From: Lophium mytilinum
Taxonomy: Eukaryota
Assembly (NCBI GenBank): GCA_010093605.1
Contig: MU004184.1
Coordinates: 630,801 to 694,800, forward strand
Length of the DNA: 64,000 nucleotides
Direction: 5' to 3'
This document shows, piece after piece, positions 38,839-50,998 of the stretch; the first letter of the stretch is position 1, and the number at the start of each line of letters is the position of its first letter. The notes under the pieces were generated by a model, which made no database searches, was not told the origin of the DNA, and saw only the letters and a program-made list of their open reading frames with translations. A program made the translations under genes and the position numbers.

Positions 38839-39396
38839 ATGGTCATCAGATGCTTCTTCGATTGTGTTTGGACCGGCCCCGAGGTCGAAATCGACTCCAA
38901 CAACGACGTCACTAGGTTGGGCGATGTAAAAGACCAATTCGGTCGCATTATCTTCCTGCTCCTCGACGAAATCGCCCCCAAGACGACAGAGACGTTTCGT
39001 ACCCTCTGTACAGGAGAGAGGGGCTTGAATTATAGGGGATCGATGTTCCACCGCATCGTCCCGCAGTACATCCTTCGAGGAGGAGACATCGCCCACGGCA
39101 ACGGCACGGGCCAGAACTCCATGTACAACCAAAAGCTACCCGACGATCAGTTCTGCCTACAATTCAATCAGCCCTTCCTTTTGTGCATGGACAACACCAG
39201 CCCCAACACCTCCCAGTTCATCATCACCACAACTGCCGCTAGCGGACTCAACAACAACCACGTTGTATTCGGCTATATTGCGTATGGTGATACCGATTCA
39301 ACAAGGGTGATTAGGGCAATCGAGGCTTGTGGGTGCAACTCTGGAAACATCAAGTACAGCAACATACCTACGATTACCAATTGCGGCCAAATCTAG
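38839..39396 (+). CDS. Divergent cyclophilin-type peptidyl-prolyl isomerase-like protein
   Basis: Intronless 185 aa with GRIIF.L....APKT.E.FRTLCTGE, GSMFHRIVP, GGD...GNGTG, SQF.IT and HVVFG. Several active-site residues are substituted. Confidence 0.85.
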   Translation: MVIRCFFDCVWTGPEVEIDSNNDVTRLGDVKDQFGRIIFLLLDEIAPKTTETFRTLCTGERGLNYRGSMFHRIVPQYILRGGDIAHGNGTGQNSMYNQKLPDDQFCLQFNQPFLLCMDNTSPNTSQFIITTTAASGLNNNHVVFGYIAYGDTDSTRVIRAIEACGCNSGNIKYSNIPTITNCGQI

Positions 39397-40096
39397 ATAT
39401 TCTAGGGGAGATCCATCCATCACTATCTGGCTAGAAGGAGCATGGTCACACAAAGCCCCAGCGTCGAAGGGAAAGCGGAACTATTACTGAAGGAGATACC
39501 CTAGAATTCAAAAATCAGATTGATCATGTTATTGTTCTTCAGCGTGATCTATCTACTGTTTTCTCGGTTGGAGCCGACCTTCCTAGTCACTATACACGCT
39601 CCGCAAAATTGCCCCTACTAACACAACTTGGAGCAGAACATACTTCGGAGATGACCAAAGTTCTCTGATCATCATTGCCAAAGCACTAGAAAGCGAGTCG
39701 CTCGGAATTGTATTAAGTTTCGACGATGGCCAGCACTCCGTACTTGTATCTTGGTTTCAGCGCGCCAATTTCATAGTCTGAGACATCATTCTTCTCCTTA
39801 CGATGCTTGCGGGGCTATGTACCACTAAGTCTCACTACAGTATTATCGAAATGCAAACATCCAAGGAGGAATGGTAGGTATAAGGGACTGTCAATTCCAT
39901 TTTTGCGGAGATACCAGACAGCTCTATCCTCCAATACTGTCAGTAGCCTCTGATTCCGTCGTCGCGATCCTTCCAGTCTCTGATCTAGACTCAAATGATC
40001 ACTATCTTGCTTCTTTACTGTTCACATAACGCGTTCTCCTTCTTACCTTATTTAGTAGGCCATTTACAGGAGCGCAACATCCATTCGCGCGGCATC

Positions 40097-40939
40097 ATGA
40101 AGGTCCTCTCCATCACGGCGTTTGTTTTCACATCCGTTCAGGCTCTGGTCAATGCGACGAACGCTATCGACCCCGACGAGTGCCAGAACGACGATATCTC
40201 AACGGCTACTCGACTCGAGCAGCCCCTGACTTGTTCTCCAAGACCCTCGACATCTAGCGTAGTCGTCACGGTGACATCGGACATTACAATCACGACATGC
40301 TTGCCTAAGGATCATAGCACTACGAGGCTAACCACGAATTGTTCTACCATTTGCGAAACGGCTGAAGGTGAAACCCAGACTACGGTAGTATCACTTGGAG
40401 CCCCAACGAAAAGCCAGAGCTCTGTACCAACTACTGCTCCGGTCACGACACACACGACTATCTACACCACCCACTATTCATACCTCTGTCCAACGGGATG
40501 GACCCAGTCGAAGTACACAATCACCGAAACGTGCGCCAGCGAAACTCCGGTTTGGCCTGAGCGCACATTAGGATATATGCCACCGGGCTTCACTCGAACG
40601 GTGAATGTTTGCGAGAGTTGCCCAAACGGGCCAATCACTGCCACGGTTACGGTCCCGTGCTCCTCGACTGAGGCTGCGGATAGAATTGGAAGCCCGAATG
40701 ACCAAGTTTATTCGACGGTCTCCAAAGAACAAACGAATGTAGTCCACAACGACGACGACTCGGACGACGGCAATGCAGCACCGCCGACGTCGACACAAGG
40801 ACAGCCACTACAAACGTCGAGCATTTCCCAGAATACGACCGGAATTGTGCTTGCGAACGCTGCTTCCCGATCGATTACCCGACTGATGCTAGCATTTCTC
40901 ACGTTTGCTTTGACAGCTATTTGGGCCTGCTTGTGGTGA
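40097..40939 (+). CDS. Putative GPI-anchored Ser/Thr-rich cell-wall protein
   Basis: Signal peptide MKVLSITAFVFTSVQALVNA; Thr/Ser-rich body with Cys module (LCPTG....YTITETC..PPGFT.TV.VC..C); omega-like ANAAS followed by a hydrophobic C-terminus. Confidence 0.8.
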   Translation: MKVLSITAFVFTSVQALVNATNAIDPDECQNDDISTATRLEQPLTCSPRPSTSSVVVTVTSDITITTCLPKDHSTTRLTTNCSTICETAEGETQTTVVSLGAPTKSQSSVPTTAPVTTHTTIYTTHYSYLCPTGWTQSKYTITETCASETPVWPERTLGYMPPGFTRTVNVCESCPNGPITATVTVPCSSTEAADRIGSPNDQVYSTVSKEQTNVVHNDDDSDDGNAAPPTSTQGQPLQTSSISQNTTGIVLANAASRSITRLMLAFLTFALTAIWACLW

Positions 40940-41917
40940 ACCTTCCTTCCCTCACTAGAACCAATCCTGGTTTAACTCCGCGGGATATAAATAATTGGGT
41001 CTCTTTCCGTCGGAAAAGAAGCTGTCGCTGTGTCAATTGACAGCACACGATTGCGCTAATGCTCTTTACTCTCGGCCTTCCAAAACTTATTTAAGTTCAT
41101 TCTAATGCTACTCTTTCCTTCATTCCTACCTAACTACTATTATCGTCGCATATTCATGCTTTCCTTCGTCTTTCTATTCGGGCGTATTTTGGGTTCGCTG
41201 GTTGCTGTCTTTTGCCTCCTATTAGGTAGCAACAGCTCGTGACCAACAGGTCATCGTCATTCCAATACTAGTAGTTCTTCTTCACTCGCCGCATTCCACG
41301 TGTACATACCTCCGGTTCCTCGAGCTGACCGAGCACCGAGGCGAGAGCAAGTCTACCCAGCATTGGTACCGGATCTACAAAACCGCAAAGCAGCACATGC
41401 AACAACCAGACAAAGAAACCGAGCACCGTGCTCGCCATCCCACGCACTCATACTACAATGCCGTTGTTTGCCCTGCCGAACAAAGAAACCACAACATCTC
41501 TCTTTCATACCGCCTCTTAAACCTGTGTGACTGCCGCTTTGTCCTCTTGTCACGATCATGCTCCGAATTCCCACAATGAAGCTTAAAACTATCGCAGGGC
41601 CTCGCGCCTGCGTGGGGAATCATAAACCTGCGCAATATCAGGATTTCTTGCATACAAGCCTCTCAGAGACGGAGCGTTATTATTACATTTAGCCATTTTG
41701 CACACGAAGCATCACTATCGTTCATTTTACCTACTCATTCTTTCCTAAAGCGATTGTCAATCATCTTGTCCGACTATACTATCATAATTGAAAGCAAAGG
41801 CCGTTTGACTTCTTGACACCTTCACACACAGGAGTATCAAGAACCGAAACAGGAACACAGTTTGTACTACAACACGACTTTATAGTGTCAACCACAGCCA
41901 CAACCACGCAGCATACG

Positions 41918-44905
41918 ATGCAGAGGCAGAATGAACAGGAGAAGAGCGACACTGCCCGCCACACCCCCTTCACTACCACCACTCCCCGCCAGCACAACGA
42001 CCAGCACACCTCACAGCCAACGACATCCCCAGCTGGGCTCAGTCACGGACTTTATAACCCCATAACCCTTCGCCCCTCGCACCCCTCAACCGACAGACCA
42101 CAACATATTCGCCCTCAGGGAGGAATGGCTCCATCGCCGTTTCCAACCCCCTATCCACTTCCAACATCTACTCAAACATCTACACAAACAGACCTCGTAC
42201 AATACGCACATCCCCAACAGCCCCAACCCACCTTCTCAACCTACTCCATCCCCGCCGCAACCCACCACTCCCCCCAGATCTCCCCCCTCTCCCAAATCTC
42301 CCCTCTAACCCACCCCGCCCACCGCAGCCCCGTCTCCCCCATCCCCATCTCCCCCCTCACCCGCGAAGCCCTCGCCCGCCACAACGCCATCACAGCATCC
42401 CAGCCCTCGCCCTCCTCGCAGTCCCCGCGCCGCGACTACCGCCCGCACCCGCCGTCGTACCCTCCGCAGTACCCGCAGCAACAGCGCAAGCCCTCCGCCC
42501 CGCGCAAACCCTCAGAGCCGCTCGCCATCGTAGCGAGCACGCGGCGCCCGACCGAGGCGTTGCTGACGCCGTTCCCGGGCTACTCGCCGCCGGCCGACGA
42601 GGCGGAGGCGTGGGCGTGGCGGGGGGCGCGGGTGGCGGCCGCGAAGGCGCAAGGTCGTGAGAAGGGGTTTACGGGGGAGAAGAAGAGGCAAGTCCGATTC
42701 CGCGGCGAGGGCGAGGGGAAGGGGGGTGATGGGAAGCAGCAGCAGCAGCGGAAGGCTAACTTTGTGGCGGAGCTTAGGGCGATTCATGCGACGGGGCCGC
42801 GGGGGGAGGGGGAGCGGTTGGCGAGGGTTGTGAGAGCGGCGTGGAAGGGGTGGGGGAAGGGGAGGGGGGAGGTGGAGGGGCCGGTTAGGGGCGATCCGAT
42901 CCGAGGGAGTGCGTGGAGGGTTCCTGAGCTTCCTGAGGTTGGGGAGGGGTTGAAAGTGGTTAGGTATGAGGAGACGATGCCGGGGAGGGCGCCGAAGTTC
43001 GTGGAGAGGATCACAACTGGTCTGCCGCCACTGTCGATGGAGTCGCCGGTGGAGAAGGGTGAGCTAGAGAGGCGAGTGGTTGAGCAGACGAGGCAGACGG
43101 ATGAGGAGAGGGCGAGTGAGAAGGCTATTCCCCTTCCCCTTCACGAATTTAACGCGAAGGCGCTGGAGGTGTACAAAGCACACCAGCGTAGAAAGGAGGA
43201 GGAGAGAAGAGCAGCACTTGGAGGGAATGGCACTTCTATGCCCCTTCCAGAGCCTCGAAAGTCCAACGAATCGCCCGTCGCCATCTACCTGGCCGAACGG
43301 CCTGAGATTTATCCCACCAGGCCAGCACGGCCAACGCGACCTGAAACCCTGGAGCCTCCCTTCTTCGGCCTGCAGCCGCTCTCCTTTTCGTCGCCAAGGA
43401 CGCCTGCTAAGACATCTGCGGATGGATGTCACCGTGATGTTCCTATCCCACAGCAGCCTTTAGGGCAGCCGAGGAGGTCATCACCAAGACCACCTCCACC
43501 CTCTCCGATTGTAATTCCCCAGGTGCCAGCAAGACAGGCCCTGGTAGTACCAGCCCCAGAAAGGCCTGAGCGTAGTCCTACCGATCCAGTCCGGAACGCT
43601 GCGATGAGAAATCCCGTACCGGTCAGACCGTTTCCGCAGAGTCTCCGTTCTGGGAGAGCGCAGGAGACGAAGCAAGAGCAAACGAGCCCATTGGCGTTGC
43701 TGAGTAGGTGGCAACAGAAGCTAGTGAGGTCTCCTGCGAAGGCGCAGACTCATCTCGTCGAAGGCAATAAGCAAGAGAACGGCGGACGAGCACAGACACT
43801 ACTAGTGCCGGAAAAAGACAGGGAGGACGAAAAGAGCGGGAGAGGAAACGATATTTCGAAAGCGGTACTGGGCACGCCTAAAGAGAAAAAGGGAAAGGAA
43901 GACATGAGAACTAAGCTCAAAGCGATGATCTCCTCACCAGGTCCTCTGATGTCTACGGACAGGAACGCGGTCAACATCTCGGCAGCAAGTGGAGGTATCG
44001 GAGGACTGCACGCGGCTCTCTCCCTACCTTTCAGGAGCAATTCGACACGCGAGGCAGAAAAGCCACTACCGCCACCACCTACTCGGAAGGAATCAGGGAA
44101 AAAGGCGGCGAAGGAAAAGAAACCCAAGACTCTGGCTCTGGAGACTGCGTACCAACCTATGATACTGAGCGCGAAGCATAACAGACTCAGCACTGGAACC
44201 ACGCTTTCAGACTTCATGCACCCTGAGCTGGGCAAGTCAGTCTTCAGTCGCCTCCCTAAGACTCCCAAGATTCCTAGGAAGCCTGTACAAAAAAGGAAGG
44301 GTTCCGACGAAAGCTTTGCCTGTCAAGGCATCGAAGATGAAGGAGAGCTGGAGGCGCCGTCTAGCCCTACGAGTATCTACCGCTCGGGACTTCCACCTAG
44401 CGTTTACGGGCAAGGTACGTTGAGTCCAGAAGTGCAAACGGCACGTATAGATTCTGATATGAGCTTCTTCTGTAAAGGTCCGTACGATGACGACGGCCGA
44501 GAACATTACGAGTCATCAACACCGAGGCCTCGTTACGGCGCTGGTCCTAGCAGTCCCGCACGTGGGTTCAACGGCCGACATGGTGGGGATTTTGCTCGTG
44601 TCCCGTCTTTCCCTGGATACGGACAGCACGTTGCCGAAGCACGCGCACCGCCTGCCCGAACACAAGTAGCGCCAGGGGCACGGGCTGAAAAGAGAAGCTA
44701 CTACTCCGAGTTTGAGGGTACGGACGACGAGGCTGAGTACACGCCCCGCCCACTAGTGCTTCAGAAGTCTGCTAACAATACTCCTGTTCAACTGCCACCA
44801 GTGCAAGAGGAGGCGATGTCCAGCCCGCCAGGGGTGCAGAGACCTAGGCCGCGAGACACCCAGTTCTACGAGCCGTACCGGAAGCTGCTGGAGGAGTACG
44901 AATGA
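41918..44905 (+). CDS. Hypothetical Pro/Ser/Arg-rich, probably disordered protein (about 995 aa)
   Basis: 3-kb uninterrupted ORF with no recognisable domain; ends RDTQFYEPYRKLLEEYE. Start ATG uncertain. Confidence 0.65.
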   Translation: MQRQNEQEKSDTARHTPFTTTTPRQHNDQHTSQPTTSPAGLSHGLYNPITLRPSHPSTDRPQHIRPQGGMAPSPFPTPYPLPTSTQTSTQTDLVQYAHPQQPQPTFSTYSIPAATHHSPQISPLSQISPLTHPAHRSPVSPIPISPLTREALARHNAITASQPSPSSQSPRRDYRPHPPSYPPQYPQQQRKPSAPRKPSEPLAIVASTRRPTEALLTPFPGYSPPADEAEAWAWRGARVAAAKAQGREKGFTGEKKRQVRFRGEGEGKGGDGKQQQQRKANFVAELRAIHATGPRGEGERLARVVRAAWKGWGKGRGEVEGPVRGDPIRGSAWRVPELPEVGEGLKVVRYEETMPGRAPKFVERITTGLPPLSMESPVEKGELERRVVEQTRQTDEERASEKAIPLPLHEFNAKALEVYKAHQRRKEEERRAALGGNGTSMPLPEPRKSNESPVAIYLAERPEIYPTRPARPTRPETLEPPFFGLQPLSFSSPRTPAKTSADGCHRDVPIPQQPLGQPRRSSPRPPPPSPIVIPQVPARQALVVPAPERPERSPTDPVRNAAMRNPVPVRPFPQSLRSGRAQETKQEQTSPLALLSRWQQKLVRSPAKAQTHLVEGNKQENGGRAQTLLVPEKDREDEKSGRGNDISKAVLGTPKEKKGKEDMRTKLKAMISSPGPLMSTDRNAVNISAASGGIGGLHAALSLPFRSNSTREAEKPLPPPPTRKESGKKAAKEKKPKTLALETAYQPMILSAKHNRLSTGTTLSDFMHPELGKSVFSRLPKTPKIPRKPVQKRKGSDESFACQGIEDEGELEAPSSPTSIYRSGLPPSVYGQGTLSPEVQTARIDSDMSFFCKGPYDDDGREHYESSTPRPRYGAGPSSPARGFNGRHGGDFARVPSFPGYGQHVAEARAPPARTQVAPGARAEKRSYYSEFEGTDDEAEYTPRPLVLQKSANNTPVQLPPVQEEAMSSPPGVQRPRPRDTQFYEPYRKLLEEYE

Positions 44906-47320
44906 TGAGGGGAAAAGATGTTCGCGACTAACTTTAGACCATTCGTTCTCGTAGACGTGATATTGGGATCTATAGATCGAAGCAGTAGTAAATATGAAAT
45001 GCTATTAATACCTGATTTACGACTTCAAAGTGGTCGAGCTGCTAGAAAGGGACCAAAGAGGCGACTTTGTGAGTGGGTAGCGAGATGGTACAGATGCAGC
45101 CCAGACGGGCTGAGCATGCAGAGCAATATAAACAAGAGCAAGGGAGTCTAGTCGCTTAGGTTGACGGACAGGAATATGGATAGAATATCCGAAATAGTCT
45201 AAGAATGTTTCGAAACATTTCGGAAGGAAACGTGGGGTGGGTGTACAGCATCCTGACACGAGTTTGCCTTGCAAGGGAGGTAATTCGAGATGAATTGAGG
45301 CTCATGACCCGGGAGATGCAGCGGACGCAGCACACGGGCGAGAGTTGACAAAATAGAACGGAGGGAGGGTTCCCGCTGTTCCTGCGGATGGGGCGAAGAT
45401 GCGGCTGCTGGCTGCAGCTCTGCGGGACGGCCCAGTGCGTGCGGCGCAGTTGGTGGTGTGCGCCAGGGTGAGGCAGAGACAGTATCACTTCTCAGCGATG
45501 ACGGAGTGGTGGGTTGATCGAGGGTTGGGGGGAGGGCAGCAATCTGGGGTGAGGCACAGCAACGGCATGTCGGGTGACGGTGGTCGGAGGCATTATTTTT
45601 AGGCTCGAGTGCATAAAACGGCAGGAAACAAATGCGATCGGAAGCGGAATGGGGCGAGGATAATTAAGACCCTTGCGAGCAGTATGCTGGTTAATAGCAC
45701 AAATGCGCTGTTCTGATATGAATGGAGGCAAATTATGCCAGTGCCAGCAGAGAGGTGTCAGCAGAGAGACTGGCCAGCTCACTAGAGGGGATTAGCAGAT
45801 AGTAAGGTCGGATAATCGCCCTGTTTAGACTGCACGTGGGCGGGAAGATTGATTACTAATAAGAACTTAGCCTTAAGCGAATGTCCCGTGACCTCTAATT
45901 ACCCCTGAAAGAGACCGACTAGTAATGTATTTCTCGGTAACTCTCACATGTCTCACAGCACTCCAAGATGCTGCTGATTCGGTCTAATCTGCCAGTGTTT
46001 CTTGATCGGTTCGTGCCCCGCGATGGAGGCTGCACGATATCCGTTGCAGTGGAACCGCGATAAGGCGGTGGCGGAGGTCAGGCTGCCCGCGGTGCTGTCA
46101 GAGGCACCGTGGGCTGAATATGTACTCCCAGGGCCTCTTCACCGCCTTCTGGCCGACGTGTGGGCCGCGCAGTCGTTTCGAGCGGCGTCACAGCTTGGAG
46201 GCGATGGCATGGCATGAGATGAAGGCGATGGCGACGGCGACGGGAGCCAGGCGGGAGGGTTGGTGATGAGCGTGACCCACCGAGCGCTTCCAGCACGCTT
46301 CGCTCTCAAGCTTCGCCCAGGTCGTCGTCGTCTCCGCTCAGGCCGCTGGAGTCAGGGCTGGCCCGAGAGCGGCTGCAGGGACTCTGGGCGGATGATTGGG
46401 CCAGACGGGCGCAATTGAAACTCGAGCGCCCTGGCCAGCTGTCGGCCTCAACCAACCACAGCTCTAAACGGCACTGTGGCACGCAGTGTGACTGCCACGC
46501 CAAAGTTGCAGCGCGAAGACGGCCGTCGTGATTGGGATGCAGCCCTCTGCCACGACTCCCACCGGCCACTCCATGCGACGACGATGCCGAATCCTGCAGG
46601 CCTTGCCCTCTCCAGCCGAGTCGGCCCATGCTTTTCCCTCGAGCCCTCATGCTCCCGCTCATGCTTCGTCGTCCCCAGCGCCCTCTGTGAGATGCCCAAA
46701 GACCGCATGACAGCTATCCTCGACGACCCTTGACCCTCCGTCAGCACTGCTTGCCTGTCTTCTCTCTCTATATTCACGGCTCGTGAAGTCTCTGCCGGCC
46801 AGAAGCGCCGCTGGTTCCGTCTCTGCTCAGTCCCAATTCCCCAGTTGCGCCGTCTCTTACAGCTGCATCTCTCCCGGGCGTCTATTCCTGGAGATCCCCT
46901 CTCCCGCCGGCTCCCTTTGCACGCCCTATCAGCACGCGCCGAGCCCTGTGCAGCAGCGCAGAGTTGGCGCCATTGATTCTCCATTCGACAGCTGTGAGTA
47001 CCCGCCCGCCTTTCTTCCGACCCATCTGCGTCCGTGCCCCATATTCCCACCACTGCCTCGAAGCGCCCGCCTAGACAAAAGCCCAGCGGCTCGCTGTCGC
47101 CCTCTTGCTTCCCTTTTCTCTTCAGCAGGCCTCTCAAATCCACTTGTAATTCCGTGTGTTCTTCTTATACTTTCCCGCTTCACAGTTGCTTGCGACTTGT
47201 ATAGCTGGCCTGGACCAAGTTGCTACTCCCGCGAAGCCACCCTCACCACCCCTCTATACACTCTGCCCGTTCATGACTGTCTCACGTTCTCTCTTCCAAC
47301 AAGCCCCATCACTCTGAAAG

Positions 47321-48915
47321 ATGTCCTCCAACAACAAGAAGAACCTCACAGTCTCCATCATCAAGCAAGAACGAAGCAACTCATCCGATTCTGACAACCG
47401 CTCTCTCAAGACTCCCAGGACTGCCCGCTTCGCCGAAGCCACCACTGTCCACTCGCCCGTCGACGGCAGAGGTCCCTTTGCAGACCCGCCCACGAATCAC
47501 TACAGGCCCCAAGCACAACCCTCAGACGTCGGCTTCGGCTACGTGCAGGGCGTCGAGATGGAGGAAACCGACCGGAAATACCTCCCACCACCAACACCAA
47601 TGACACCTCTCAAGAGCGCTATGAAATCCCCGGGCGCCGTTCCTCGGTTTGGCGAAGGCATTCTCAGCCCAACCTTCCGGGAAGAGCAAGTGCTTGAAAA
47701 GCACGAGGTCATGACCGAGAAAGAGCAAGCAAAGGACCTGGTAAGCTTCGACCACGAGTCTGATGTGCCTTCAGCCAGCTAACAAACGAACAGAAAGTCA
47801 AAGTACGAGTAAGGATAGCAAAGATCTTCCTCCGCGGTATCAACTTTGCCTGCAGTCTGATCGTCCTTTCCATGCTTGCTGCCGTCTTCTCCATCTTCAA
47901 CACCACCAAAACGCTCGCACCTCGGAACAACCTCCCTCCGTGGGCTCAGAACACCCAGACCTGGCCACAGATCGTCCTCCTCGTCATTGCCTGTATCTCG
48001 CTGTTCATGTCCATTGTTGTTCTGATCGCCTACTCAAGGGGAGGCCACAAGCGTGCGGAGAAGGTCGCAGCTTACTACACCGTCTTCGCCGTTGCGTTCT
48101 TCATCTTCAGCATCGTCATGTGGGCTATTGGCGCTGGCATTCTCAACCAGAGCAAATCAACGGGCAATGGCAAGGACATGTGGGGATGGGCGTGCAAAGA
48201 CAACAAGCGAAAGCAGCTCTTCCAACAGGACGTTTCCTACGACCTCATCTGCCGTCTTCAGGTAATTCAGCCACCTCTTCGACTCATGATAAACGCTAAC
48301 ATCTCGCAGAACTGGTCTTTGGTCTGCGCCATTATCGAGGTCGTCGTCGAGACCCTGTGCATCATCATCTACGCCATCGTCTTCTACCGATTCTGGTCGA
48401 AGCGCAAGCTACGAAAGTCCATGGCCGTCCGCGACCGCGCCCGCTCCGACCTCTACCTCGCCCAGCTCCGTTCGCAATCCGCACCAAACACACCCGGCTT
48501 CGGGCCCATGTCCCCTCGCTCCGGCGGATGGCGCCCACCCCCAGGCCACTCGATGTACGTGGACCCGCACAGTGCCGCCGAGGAAGGCCAAAGCGACAGC
48601 GTACAGTTCCCTCGCGGCTTCGCGCAGCCAAAGCCCTTCGCTCTGCAACCGCCTCCAATCAAGATCCAGGGCGCGACGCCCAAGGTGTCGCAGAACGGCT
48701 TCGACGCCCCCGACCGCTCCGCCTCAGTGTCGCCACCACCACTCAGCCCCAGCTTCGAGCGCCGCATCGACCACGTGCCCGCCGCGCCAGGCGAGCAGCA
48801 ATACGCCTCGGTGCCCATCCCCGGTGCGTACGCCAGCCCGCTCGCCAGCCCAGCACCCACGCGCGCGCAACCCATGGGCTTCGATTTCGGCCCCAACGTG
48901 AACGCGCCAAAGTAG
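47321..48915 (+). CDS. ham-8: Hyphal anastomosis protein HAM-8-like (MARVEL-like multi-pass membrane protein)
   Basis: Exons 47321-47740, 47794-48261, 48310-48915. SLKTPRTARFAEAT, LSPTFREEQVLEKHE..TEKEQAKDL-KVKVRVR.AK, four hydrophobic segments, KDMWGWAC and RDRARSDLYLAQLRSQSAPNTPGF. Confidence 0.8.
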
Positions 48916-50998
48916 AGGTTCCTGACCTGCTTCGCGTTTGCTTCTAAACCATCGGCTGCATGGGGCGTTCTTGTGCTTGTTTTTAGCGGGCTTTCTCTGG
49001 TGTCAAACGGCGTCCTGTTCGGTTTGTCAGTTAGACGCCTACTGTGTATATGAAACTGGTGATCTTTTTCAGACCCCAAATCTCTTTTCTTTACTGTCCT
49101 TCACTTTTCCTTTTTTCTACGGGTGGAACACGGGATTTTTCTTTTGTATAGGCTGGGCTTATGAAAGCGAGTTGGGAGTGTGTGTTGTTTTTTGATACCT
49201 GATAAGGGAGCTGGGCTGTCTACGCTCGCTTTGGTTATTTCGGGAATCGTGGGGGGATCGAGATTGTCCAACAAGACGACGCATTTCTATTATAACGGAG
49301 ATGTGGGCGGACTATGTAATTCGCAGATCGGACACGGAAGCATGTCACTACTCAAAATATGAGAAAACATTTCGAAAACCTTTATTCATCGCTTCATGCA
49401 TTCGTGTGTCTTGTGATTGCTCGTCTCCTACTCCCCTCCGAATCTCCCCAACTTTCTCAACCTCTAGCCCTGCTCACAATCGCATAATCCATTCCATTCC
49501 CCCCTCGCCTCTCGCGTCCCGTATCAATAGCCTTTCGCACTCCACGCACCGCTGACACGCACCACGAAGCGCCCGCTTGGCGCCCGTGTTCCACGCCACC
49601 GACCGACCGGCCGCTTCTGCGACCTCTGTCACACGGCGTGATGGACTGCTGATGAGAGCCGCCTCCAAACACCCTCCCCCCCCTCGCCTCACACCTGCAT
49701 GCCGACTATCACACACCAGTCTCACCCCTACGCGTGGGAAATCTCCGCATTCCGCCGAATTTTGCGTGAGATGCAAGATGGCGCGTATGAGAGATGGTAT
49801 CGGATGAGAAAGGAGTGGGGATGTGGGGTGGGGAATGCGAGGTGAGGTCGGCGAGCCGCCCAGCGACCACGGGGTTGGGGCGTGTGGGCGGGGAAGGGGG
49901 TTGGGTGGTGTTTTCTTGGTGTTGGGTAGTGGGTTGAGTTGTGTGGTGATAGTAACCTAGATGCTGTGGTTTTGATCTGGAGAGTCTTGAGTCTCCTATC
50001 TCGAAGGGAATGTGAGATTAGGCTATGGGAGGGCGGGTTTTGACTTTGGCTGGAGAGACCGTGCTGCATTACGTTGTTACGTCTGGTCGTATGGCAATGG
50101 TTACCTAGTACCAATAGTCAGATGCGGAGTGTGATGCAATAGTCTGCCAAAAATTTGACATCGCCTCGACACTCCTGAGTTTCCCATCCTGAGGGGCGGA
50201 TAAGCTGCCATCACTGCCACTCCCGCACTGGTTCGATTTCCTGGAAGATGTCTCACATAGAAGAGTTTCGAGAACAAACCGTACCTGGTAGCCATCTCGC
50301 GCCACCAGCATACCTGCGGGTCTTGGCAATCCTAAAGAGTAATTGCATTGTATCAAGATCTTGTCATAGTGACTAGATGAATAATGAATAGACCAGTTTG
50401 CGTTCCCTTAGCTGTGTAGCCGTTACTCTCACGGTTGGCTCTCCCTCAAACTCAGGGTCTCCGTTCAATCCACTCAACGTCTGCTCAACGTCAGTTTGCT
50501 ACTGCTCTTCATATTCATGATAGTGGGTACCCTGTGCTATCGATACTTTTGATATGGAGGGGAGGCAGTGACGTATGAGTGATCTTGTACCTTCATATGC
50601 TAAGGTTTCTTCGATAGGGTACTCGAGTGTCCTTATCCGTTGCAAAGGCATTCTCCACGAAGCCAGGAGACTTCTACTTCCAAGGATGGCACTTACTTAG
50701 CCACGTGCCTTCTTCTCCTCATTCACCTGAACAGCATATGATATCCCCAAATCACGCACTTCTACATTTGAAGCAATAAATGGACACTCGTGTATAAGCT
50801 GGCAAATGACTACGTTGGATATTAAGCAAAGCGTACGTAGTGAATGATGATAACGAGAGCATCAAAATGCAAAAGAATGCAAAAAGAAATAGTGAAGCTA
50901 GCAAGAGTCAAACAAGTGAGCACCGCCGTTAGAGCCCGGACCGCCTCGCTGCCTGAGCAGAGGGCTTTCGTGGGGTAGATAGTGGTTTTGGGTTCTTA

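Noticed and set aside
41105..41242. 45-codon hydrophobic ORF downstream of the GPI-type gene
   Set aside because: Explained by T-rich 3'UTR composition; no other support.
50843..50957. Box C (ATGATGA) and box D (CTGA) pair suggesting a C/D snoRNA
   Set aside because: No terminal stem and no rRNA-complementary guide that I can recognise.
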